From NCBI RefSeq assembly GCF_963921235.1, contig NC_086097.1, forward strand, positions 186,250,001 to 186,314,000: 64,000 nt of DNA, in the 5' to 3' direction. This document shows, one piece after another, positions 1 to 11,068 of the stretch. This DNA comes from Mobula hypostoma. Taxonomy: Eukaryota. The notes beneath the pieces are model-generated. The model saw nothing but the letters and a program-made list of their open reading frames with translations, was not told the origin of the DNA and searched no databases. Every line of letters starts with the position of its first letter. The first letter of the stretch is position 1. The position numbers and the translations under genes were made by a program.

Positions 1-2187
1 TTAACAGCTGTGATTTTTTGATAATGTAATGAAAAAGCATTGATGAAGGAAATGCCTTGAAGCATGATCAGATATACTGGGAGAATGGTTAAGGGACCAT
101 ATGGGACTAGAGGAAGAGGTGTATAGGATGAGTAAAAGAAGTTGAGGTATAAAGAAGTGAAGTTGAGCTGAACTCTTCGAAAGCTCTGGTTTGACCACAG
201 TCAGAATATTGTGTTCATTACTGATTACCACACAAGAGGAAGGATACAAGGCTACTCATATCATAAATATTAAATTATAGTGCTAGGTGAAAATGTACCA
301 ACCTCTAAATTATATAATTAAACAATTACTTATAAAAACAGCCACATGTTTAACTTGTCCTCCTAACTACAAACTCTGCAGTATAAATTGAACTTACCAT
401 CTCTACAGCATCTAATCCTGTAGACAGTGAACCACAATATCCTAGTGATGACTTCTCCAATAGGCTTCATACTTGAATAATGACATTAGCAGTTACCTCA
501 ACTGCACACAATTATTATATTATATATATTTCTAAATACTGATTATAGACACAAACTGAACACAACATATCAACTACTTTATTAGTTAATTATACATTGC
601 TTCCAGTAGATAGACAAATACCATAAACTGCAAACCAAGATATTAGTGGAAAAAAAACACAAGCAGAACAAGCATATGGTAATGCAAGAAGTAGTCCATA
701 GTGTTCCAGTACTGGGGAAGAGGATGTTGGCAGCAGTGAAGGAGAAGTAGTAAGGGATTTTACAGGCCTCAAAGACACCAGGCAGATTTGAAGCTGGGAT
801 TACAATCCAGAAAGTGACATGCGGCTGGTGAGTCAATTAATTGGCAAGTAAGTACTTCCACTACTTTTGCCATGGTAAACAGCAAATTGAGAATGGGTAG
901 GATTGGAAAATGGGCAAAATGGTGAGGGAGATCGTCACCCTTACCTCAACAGAGAGTGCAATCTAAGAATGGCTGAAGGTTATTCTGCAGGATAATTTTG
1001 ATCTCAGTCTTAAAAGAAGCACAATTCTGTATGTGCATCATTCATCAAAGAGACCTAGGGGAAATGCAATGCCTGTGAAGTCTCTGTTGGAGTAAACTCA
1101 TTACAGATAACCATTTCTTTACCTCCTGAACTAGGGGCCCCAAACTTCAGAACTATTCTGCCATGATTATCCTATTTTCCCCAGTAGAGACATCCAATGA
1201 ATCTGTAACTCTGGAGAAAAGTGCTAAGTAAAACATAGGATCAGTTAGAATATATTCTGTGGACATTTACAATGTGTTTGTGTAGACTGTAGTCAGTTAT
1301 ACAGCTCAATAGTCAGGTCTTCCAATGTAAATATTTAAAAAACAAGGAGAGCAGAAACTAGCATGTTGCTTCTACTGAGATTGTTCTATGGTATCATTGT
1401 CTATAGTTTTTAGGTCCACTTTATGTCATCTGGGCTGATACATGTTAAACGATATATGGCATTATTATGCGCACACTTCATTTCATGTTTATGTTAGTTC
1501 TGCTCATTAAAATATATCACTTCAATGGTTAACCTGCTTTGATGCCTTTTCTCTGGCTTCCAAATAGGTTTACTAATCTGTCTTCCATAACTGACATATC
1601 ACACAAGTCGAGGAATCTGATCACCCTGCGGTCTATCTATAAAATCTCTTGTATGGGAACGAACTCTTGCAAATTCATTCACTTTATTGCTTTTCTCACC
1701 GGTGTTCTCTGTTCTGTTCTTTCCTCTGGTTTTCTGAGCCTTTCTCCAGTCCACAGATGGATGTTCTCCTTGTTCTACCCATTGGCAAAAAAAAACACAA
1801 TGATGCCTGTTTGAGCATCTCCTGACATCTCAATATTTCTGCTGTAAAGATGTTTGTCAGAATGACCTGGCAAAGAACCTCTAATGACCCTTTATTAATA
1901 TCAGGCAACCTGAAATCTCAAAACGTCATTGATGTATGGTCGAGACATCTCCTCAGCTTCTTTTAACAGGGGAGTTTCTGGGCTGTGGAAAAACTGTGTT
2001 AGAGGTGCTATATTCAGATATAGTATTTATTCAGTTCTATTAAATTGGCTCATTACCAAGCATTAATGATAGGGCTAATTACTCAACACAAGTTCTAATG
2101 ATTATGCTCAGCTCTTGTAACTAGGTATAAAATTAAAGTATAATGAAAAATGAAGAAGTTGAAAAGTTTTCAGCTCTTTCTCTAGAC

Positions 2188-2554
2188 AGAGTAGCAATAG
2201 GAGGATATATCAGATGAATACGTGGCTTGAAAAATGGTGAAAGAGGGAGGGATTCAAATTTCTGGTGCATTGGAACCAGTTCTGGAGGAGCTGGGACCTA
2301 TACAAACAGGACGGTCTGCACCAGGGCTGGACTGGAACAAACGTCCTAGGGGGGGTGTTTGCTACTGTTCAGGAGGATTTAAACTAATGTGGCAGGGGGA
2401 TGGGAACAAGTGCAGAGAGACAGAAGGGTGTAAAATGAGGGTAGAAGTAAAAAGTAGTAAGGTGAAAAGTAAAAGTGGCAGGCAGGCAAATCCAGGGCAA
2501 AAATCAAAAAGGGCCACTTTTCAACATAATTGTATAAGGGCTAAGAGTGTTGTA
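2188..2554 (+). mobile_element. CR1 LINE family A, 5' piece (ORF1 esterase C-terminus and start of ORF2); displaced 5' part of the element at 5945-8749/10958-11068
   Basis: Encodes WNQFW..WDLYKQDGLH (SGNH block V-like). 2395-2554 matches the reverse complement of ~54530-54690 (family A copy). It ends at gttgta, exactly where 11068->10958 continues. Confidence 0.85.
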
Positions 2555-4011
2555 GCACATAGAATAGTACAGCACAGTACAGGCCCTTCGGCCCACAATG
2601 TTGTGCCGACCCTCAAACCCTGCCTCCTATATAAGACCCCCACCTTAAATTCCTCCATATACCTGTCTAGTAGTCTCTTAAACTTCACTAGTGTATCTGC
2701 CTCCACCACTGACCCAGGCAGTGCATTCCACGCACCAACCACTCTCTGAGTAAAAAACCTTCCCCTAATATCCCCCTTGAACTTCCCACCCCTTACCTTA
2801 AAGCCATATTCATTGTATTGAGCAGTGGTGCCCTGGGGAAGAGGCGCTGGCTATCTACTCTATCTATTCCTCTTATTATCTTGTACACCTCTGTACCTCT
2901 ATCACGTCCCCTCTCATCCTCCTTCTCTCCAAAGAGTAAAGCCCTAGCTCCCTTAATCTCTGATCATAATGCATACTTTCTAAACCAGGCAACATCCTGG
3001 TAAATCTCCTCTGTACCCTTTCCAATGCTTCCACATCCTTCCTATAGTGAGGTGACCAGAACTGGACACAGTACTCCAAGTGTGGCCTAACCAGAGTTCT
3101 ATAGAGCTGCATCATTACATTGCGACTCTTAAACTCTATCCCTCGACTTATGAAAGCTAACACACCATAAGCTTTCTTAACTACCCTATCCACCTGTGAG
3201 GCAACTTTCAGGGATCCGTGAACATGTACCCCGAGATCCCTCTGCTCCTCCATACTATCAAGTTTCCTGCCATTTACTTTGTACTCTGCCATGGAGTTTG
3301 TCCTTCCAAAGTGTACCACCTCACACTTCTCCGGGTTGAACTCTATCTGCCACTTCTCAGCCCACTTCTGCATCCTATCAATGTCTCTCTGCAATCTTTG
3401 ACAATCCTCTACACTATCTACAACACCACCAACCTTTGTGTCATCTGCAAACTTGCCAACCCGCCCTTCTACCCCAACAACCAGGTCGTTAATAAAAATC
3501 ATGAAAAGTAGAGGTCCCAGAACAGATCCTTGTGGGACACCACTAGTCAAAACCCTCCAATCTGAATGTACTCCCTCCACCACGATGCTCTGCCTTCTGC
3601 AGGCAAGCCAATTCTGAATCCACCTGGCCAAACTTCCCTGGATCCCATGCCTTCTGACTTTCTGAATAAGCCTACCGTGTGGAACCTTGTCAAAAACCAT
3701 ACTAAACTTACTAAAATCCATATAGATCACATCCACTGCACCACCCTTATCTATATGCCTGGTCACCTCCTCAAAGAACCCTATCAGGCTTGTTAGACAC
3801 GATCTGCCCTTCACAAAGCCATGCTGACTGTCCCTGATCAGACCATGATTCTCTAAAAGCCTATAGATCCTATCTCTAAGAATCTTTTCCAACAGCTTTC
3901 CCACTACAGACGTAAGGCTCACTGGTCTATAATTACCCGGACTATCCCTACTACCTTTGGTACCATTCCCGTGGACAACAAGGACATAAAGATCCTAGCC
4001 AGGGGCTCAGC
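2555..4011 (-). mobile_element. CR1 LINE family B, 3' half (RT domain and 3' UTR); continuation of 11069-13628
   Basis: ORF 2876-3922 has QHGF, DFSK, GVPQGSVLGP and FADD. The 3' end is the reverse complement of 10890-10959. Confidence 0.95.
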
Positions 4012-4221
4012 CTGTGAGAATCCTATGGTTAAGAAGGTTAAACAGCATCTTTTAAAGCATTTTCATGGGATGTAAATGTGGTAGTGGAAAGCCCCACCTT
4101 AAAAGATAATAGACTTGGTGTGGGTCTGAAGTTTTATACGGGCCAGACCAGGGGGAAAAAGTTGCCTTTGATAAAGCACGTTAGTGAATGAGCCTAAATT
4201 CACCTATCACCTACCTATCTG

Positions 4222-4682
4222 AGCAACACACATAAAGTCCTGGAGGAACTCAGCAGGTCAGGCTGCATCTATGGAAAAAGGTGCAGTTGACTTTTCAGGC
4301 CGAGACCCTTCAGCAGGACCCTCCCCTCTGTGTCCCTCATCTTTTCCCTCTCCGGCCCCACCCAGTTCTAGCTACCTGAAGTTATTTTATTCTTGTGCTT
4401 CCACATATCACCTTCCAGCTTTTATGTCTCTGCACTCCCTCTCCAGCATTTGGCTACATCATTCTTTCCTCTCCCCTCTCCACACCCCACCCTCCTCACC
4501 TTCGCCCCATCTTCCATCTACTGTATGCCCTACCAGCCTCTGTTTCACCCTTCTCTCTCTTCTCTTTACACTGGCTATCTTCCGACTATTCTCTCAGTCC
4601 AGATGCAGGGACTCATTCAGAAACCTTATCCCCACAGATGCTGCCTGGCCTGCTGGACTCTTCCTTGAGTTTATTTTATGCT
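4222..4682. mobile_element. Penelope-like element terminal remnant with inverted pseudo-LTR arrangement
   Basis: 4222-4319 (minus) and ~4595-4682 (plus) are degenerate inverted copies of the terminus found at 30220-30350 behind a GIY-YIG fragment. The spacer is pyrimidine-rich. Confidence 0.65.
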
Positions 4683-4989
4683 TCAGTGAAGGAAATGACT
4701 CATGATTGCTATTATTGATGCTATCCTCTTTGATTATTCATTGAACTGAAATTAAACGCCCAGTTACTTTGGTAGGATTTGGATCACTGGTGTAGTCTCT
4801 AGGTTGCTAATATGTTACAATATAAGACTTACATCTTATCCAAGTCCAGAAAGGAAACCAAAACCACTGAACGTGAGCAATACAAGGGAAGTGGCTGGAA
4901 ATCTCCTTAGAGAGGGGAGCAGGGCTTCCTCAGATTGCGCACTCCTGGAAGAGAAATGGCACTGAAGTCAAAAGTAACCAATCAGTAAA

Positions 4990-5065
4990 ATAAATGCAGA
5001 TAGTGGAAATACGAAATAAACACAGAAAATTCTGGAATCACTCAGCAGGTCAGACATCATTGATG
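4990..5065 (-). repeat. Short Penelope-like terminus fragment
   Basis: tgcagatagtggaaat...ctggaatcactcagcaggtcagacatc resembles the reverse complement of 30270-30345. Similar scraps occur at 5860-5944, 23520-23630, 54880-54930 and 60905-61020. Confidence 0.5.
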
Positions 5066-5944
5066 GAATGAGAAATAGAATTAACATAGGCACATTTCCC
5101 CATCATTGAATTTTTATATTGTATTCGTATTCATGGACTTTAATTTCAAATTTCATATCTTAAGACTGTTAGTCAAGTAGAAGTCTCCTGCACCAGAACC
5201 ACCTCCTATCCCTCCACACAATTCACATATTTAATGACCACCATTGGTGACAGCAATTCTTCTGTCCTTTCAGATATGTATTAATTGTTACCTGCCTAAT
5301 GAATCTTGAACAATTTGATTATGAAACTGCCCATTCAGAATGTCAATGCTGTCAGACAGCATAATACAAAAGAATAATTCCTCCACTGCGAAAGAGAATG
5401 CCAACACCAGACTTTTAAGAAAAGAGTAAAATATTTGTCTTGTCAGCTGCCAGATGTTTTTTTGGAGGAATGGTGTGACAGATTGTATGGTGACCATGAT
5501 AACGTCAGTCAATTTTGTTCAAGTGATTAAAATTCAAAAGAAAAAAAAATAGCTGCAGAGTTGCATGAGTAATCGTTCAAGAATTTTATGATATTTCATA
5601 CAGATGAATTCATCTACAGGAGAAGATTGTCCTGAATGGTCTGTGTGATGATGTCATCAACACATTATTTTGTATTTGCATATTATGGTAAATTTTAAAT
5701 CCCAAGAGCATGTGGGTTGAAGTCAAATAGATTGCAAAGCATGCTTAAATAAAAACTGAGATGCAGATCAAACTAATTTTGAATACACCAAATCTAGAAT
5801 TGAGCTAAGATCACCTTGATTGCACATAAGTAGCCCACTTGAAAGATAATTTAAAAAATACTGCAAAAGCTGGGAATCTGAGATTTTAAAACATGTAAAT
5901 GCTGGAAAAACACAGTAGGTCTGGCAGCATTTATGGAAAGAAAT

Positions 5945-8749
5945 ATAGAAACATAGAAAATAGGTGCAGGAGTAGGCCATTCGGCCCTTCGAACCTGCAC
6001 CGCCATTCACTATGATCATGGCTGATAATCCAACTCAGAACTCTGTACCTGCCTTCTCTCCATACCCCCTGATCCCTTTAGCCACAAGGGCCATATCTAA
6101 CTCCCTCTTAAATATAACCAATGAACTGGCCTCAACTGTTTCCTGTGGCAGAGAATTCCACAGATTCACCACTCTCTGTGTGAAGAAGTTTTTCCTCATC
6201 TCGGTCCTAAAAGGCTACCTCTTTATCCTTATACTGTGACCCCTCGTTCTGGACTTCCCTAACATCGGGAACAATCTTCCTGCATCTAACCTGTCCAATT
6301 CCTTTAGAATTTTATACGTTTCAATTACATCCCCCCTCAAACTTCTAAATTCCAGTGAGTATAAGCCTAGTCGATCCAGTCTTTCTTCATCTGAAAGTCC
6401 TGCCATCCCAAGAATCAATCTGGTGAACCTTCTTTGTACTCCCTCTATGGCAAGAATGTCTTTCCTCAGATTAGGGGACCAAAACTGCACAGAATACTCC
6501 AGGTGTGGTCTCACCAAGGCCTTGTACAACTGCAGTAGTACCTCCCTGCTCCTGTACTCAAATCCTCTTGCTGTGAATGCCAGCATACCATTCGCCTTTT
6601 TCACCGCCTGCAGTACCTGCATGCCCACTTTCAATGACTGATGTATAATGACACCCAGGTCTCATTGCACCTCTCCTTTTCCTAATCGGCCACCATTCAG
6701 ATAATAATCTGTTTTCCTGTTTTTGCCACCAAAGTGGATAACCTCACACTTATCCACATTAAATTGCATCTGCCATGAATTTGCCCACTCACCTAACCTA
6801 TCCAAGTCACCCTGCATCCTCTTAGCATCCTCCTCACAGCTAACACTGCCGCCCAGCTTCATGTCATCCGCAAACTTGGAGATGCTGCATTTAATTCCCT
6901 CATCTAAGTTATTAATATATGTTGTAAACAACTGGGGTCTCAGCACTGAGCCTTGCGGTACCCCACTAGTCACTGCCTGCCATTCTGAAAAGGTCCCGTT
7001 TATTCCCACTCTTTGCTTCCTGTCTGCCAACCAATTCTCCATCCACATCAATACTTTACTCCCAATACCGTGTGCTTTAAGTTTGCACACTAATCTCCTG
7101 TGTGGGACCTTGTCAAAAGCCTTTTGAAAATCCAAATATACCACATCCACTGGTTCTCCCCTATCCACTCTACTAGTTACATCCTCAAAAAATTCTATGA
7201 GATTCGTCAGACATGATTTTCCTTTCACAAATTCATGCTGACTTGTTCCGATGATTTCACCGCTTTCCAAATGTGCTGTTATCACATCTTTGATAACTGA
7301 CTCTAGCAGTTTCCCCACAACCGATGTCAGGCTTACCGGTCTATTATTCCCTGGTTTCTCTCTCCCTTCTTTTTTAAAAAGCGGGGTTACATTAGCCACC
7401 CTCCAATCCTCAGGAACTAATCCAGAATCTAAAGAGTTTTGAAAAATTATCACTAATGCATCCACTATTTCTTGGGCTACTTCCTTAAGCACTCTGGGAT
7501 GCAGACCATCTGGCCCTGGAGATTTACCTGCCTTCAATCCTTTCAACTTACCTAACACCACTTCCCGACAAATATGTATTTCCTTCAGTTCCTCCATCTC
7601 ACTAGACCCTCGATCCCCTACTATTTCCGGAAGATTATTTATGTCCTCCTTAGTGAAGACAGAGCCAAAGTAGTTATTCAATTGGTCTGCCATGTCCTTG
7701 TTCCCCATGATCAATTCACCTGTTTCTGACTATAAGGGACTTACATTTGTCTTAACCAATCTTTTTCTTTTCACATATCTATAAAAGCTTTTACAGACAG
7801 TTTTTATGTTCCCTGCCAGCTTTCTCTCATAATCTTTTTTCCCTTTCCTAATTAAGTTCTTTGTCCTCCTCTGCTGGACTCTGAATTTCTCCCAGTCCTC
7901 AGGTGAGCCACTTTTTCTGGCTAATTTGTATGCTTCTTCTTTGGAATTGATACTATCCCTAATTTCTCTTGTCAGCCACGGGTGCACTACCTTCCTTGAT
8001 TTATTCTTTTGCCAAACTGGGATGAACAATTGTTGTAGTTCATCCATGCAATCTTTAAATGCTTGCCATTGCTTATCTACCGTCAATCCTTTAAGTGTCA
8101 TTTGCCAGTCTATCTTAGCTAATTCACATCTCATACCTTCAAAGTTACCCCTCTTTAAGTTCAGAACCTTTGTTTCTGAATTAACTATGTCACTCTCCAT
8201 CTTAATGAAGAATTCCATCATATTATCATCACTCTTACCCACGGGGCCTCACACGACAAGATTGCTAACTAACCCTTCCTCATTGCTCAATACCCAGCCC
8301 AGAATAGTCTGCTCTCTAGTTGGTTCTTCGACATGTTGGTTCAGAAAACCATCCCGCTTACATTCCAAGAAATTCTCTTCCTCAGCACCCTTCCCACTTT
8401 GGTTCACTCAATCTATATATAGATTGAAGTCACCCACTATAACTGCTGTTCCTTTATTGTATGCATTTCTAATTTCCTGTTTAATACCATCCCCGACCTC
8501 ACTACTACTGTTAGGTGGCCTGTACACAACTCCCACCAGAGTTTTCTGCCCGTTAGTGTTATGCAGCTCTACCCATATCGATTCCACATCCTCCTGGCTA
8601 ATGTCCTTCCTTTCTATTGTGTTAATCTCCTCTCTAACCAGCAATGCTACCCCACCTCCATTTCTTTCAAGTCTATCCCTCCTGAATATTGAATATCCCT
8701 GAATGTTGAGCTCCCATCCTTGGTCACCCTGGAGCCATGTCTCTGTGAT
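5945..8749 (-). mobile_element. CR1 LINE family A, ORF2 (APE endonuclease and RT) with 3' (TTCTATGT)n tail; stop codons and frameshifts
   Basis: ORFs 8408-8791 (ITETWL, VYRPP, GDFN), 6662-7714 (RT) and 6215-6634. Near-identical to 51610-54851. Confidence 0.95.
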
Positions 8750-8756
8750 AATTATA

Positions 8757-10959
8757 ATTATCATGGAAAAGGATAGAATCAAAGAGGACAAGAAAATTTC
8801 TAATTGGGGAAAGGCAAATTATGAGGCTATAAGGCTAGAACTTGCCGGTGTGAATTGGGATGATGTTTTTGCAGGGAAATGTACTATGGACATGTGGTCG
8901 ATGTTTAAAGATCTCTTGCGGGATGTAAGGGATAAATTTGTCCCGGTGAGGAAGATAAAGAATGGTAGGGTGAAGGAACCATGGGTGACAAGTGAGGTGG
9001 AAAATCTAGTCAGGAGGCAGAAGGCAGCATACATGAGGTTTAGGAAGCAAGGATCAGCTGGGTCTATTGAGGAATATAGGGAAGCAAGAATGGAGCTTAA
9101 GAAGGGGCTGAGAAGAGCAAGAAGGGGGCATGAGAAGGCCTTGGCGAGTAAGGTAAAGGGAAACCCCAAGGCATTCTTCAATTATGTGAAGAAAAAAAGG
9201 ATGACAGGAGTGAAGGTAGGACCGATTAGAGATAAAGGTGGGAAGATGTGCCTGGAGGCTGTGGAAGTGAGCGAGGTCCTCAATGAATATTTCTCTTCGA
9301 TATTCACCAATGTAAGGGAACTTGATGATGGTGAGGACAATATGAGTGAGGTTGATGTTCTGGAGCATGCTGATATTAAGGGAGAGGAGGTGTTGGAGTT
9401 GTTAAAATAGATTAGGACAGATAAGTCCCTGGGGCCTGATGGAATATTCCCCAGGCTGCTCCACGAGGCGAGGGAAGAGATTGCTGAGCCTCTGGCTAGG
9501 ATCTTTATGCCCTCGTTGTCCACGGGAATGGTACCGGAGGATTGGAGGGAGGTGAATGTTGTTCCCTTGTTCAAAAAGGGTAGTAGGGATAGTCCGGGTA
9601 ATTATAGACCAGTGAGCCTTATGTCTGTGGTGGGAAAGCTGTTGGAAAAGATTCTTAAAGATAGGATCTATAGGCATTAAGAGAATCATGATCTGATCAG
9701 GGACAGTCAGCATGGCTTTGTGAAGGGAAGATCGTGTCTAACAACCCTGATAGAGTTCTTTGAGGAGGTGACCAGGCATATACATGAGGGTAGTGTAGTA
9801 GATGTGATCTATATGGATTTTAGTAAAGCATTTGACAAGGTTCCACACGGTAGGCTTATTCAGAAAGTTAGAAGGCATGGGATCCAGGGAAGTTTGGCCA
9901 GGTGGATTCAGAATTGGCTTGCCTGCAGAAGGCAGAGCGTCGTGGTGGAGGGAGTACATTCAGATTGGAGGGTTGTGACTAGTGGTGTCCCACAAGGATC
10001 TGTTCTGGGACCTCTACTTTTCGTGATTTTTATTAACGACCTGGATGTTGGGTTAGAAGGGCGGGTTGGCAAGTTTGCAGACGACACAAATGTTGGTGGT
10101 GTTGTAGATAGTGTAAAGGATTGTCAAAGATTGCAGAGAGACATTGATAGGATGCAGAAGTGGGCTGAGAAGTGGCAGATAGAGTTCAACCCGGAGAAGT
10201 GTGAGGTGGTACACTTTGGAAGGACAAACTCCATGGCAGAGTACAAAGTAAATGGCAGGAAACTTGATAGTGTGGTGGAGCAGAGGGATCTCGGGGTACA
10301 TGTCCACAGATCCCTGAAAGTTGCCTCACAGGTGGATGGGGTAGTTAAGAAAGCTTATGGGGTGTTAGCTTTCATAAGTCAAGGCATAGAGTTTAAGAAT
10401 CGCGATGTAATGATGCAGCTCTATAAAACTCTGGTTAGGCCACACTTGGAGTATTGTGTCCAGTTCTGGTCACCTCACTATAGGAAGGATGAGGAAGCAT
10501 TGGAAAGGGTACAGAGGAGATTTACCAGGATGCTGCCTGGTTTAGAAAGTATGCATTATGATCAGAGATTAAGGGAGCTAGGGCTTTACTCTTTGGAGAG
10601 AAGGAGGATGAGAGGAGACATGATAGAGGTGTACAAGAGAATAAGAGGAATAGATAGAGTGGATAGCCAGCGCCTCTTCCCCAGGGCACCACTGCTCAAT
10701 ACAAGAGGACATGGCTTTAAGGTAAGGGGTAGGAAGTTCAAGGGGGATATTAGAGGAAGGTTTTTTACTCAGAGAGTGGTTGGTGCGTGGAATGCACTGC
10801 CTGAGTCAGTGGTGGAGGCAGATACACTAGTGAAGTTTAAGAGACTACTAGACAGGTATATGGAGGAATTTAAGGTGGGGGCTTATATTGGAGGCAGGGT
10901 TTGAGGGTCGGCACAACATTGTGGGCCGAAGGGCCTGTACTGTGCTGTACTATTCTATG
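8757..10959 (+). mobile_element. CR1 LINE family B, 5'-truncated, nested inside the family A element
   Basis: ORF 9720-10904 is RT through the C-terminus. The 3' end is tattctatg. Family A sequence resumes right after it, and tgat occurs at both junctions (8746-8749, 10958-10961). Confidence 0.95.
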
Positions 10960-11068
10960 ATCCCAACTATATCATATTCATTAATAACTATCTGCACTTT
11001 AAATTCATCCACCTTGTTACAAATGCTCCTTGCATTGACACACAAAACCTTCAGGCTTGCTTTTACAA
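10958..11068 (-). mobile_element. CR1 family A endonuclease N-terminal piece (continuation of 5945-8749)
   Basis: Matches 54425-54535, the sequence that directly follows ctctgtgat in the uninterrupted copy. Confidence 0.9.

Noticed and set aside
4271..4718. Three overlapping Pro/Ser/Leu-rich ORFs
   Set aside because: By-product of a pyrimidine-rich, stop-poor repeat sequence.
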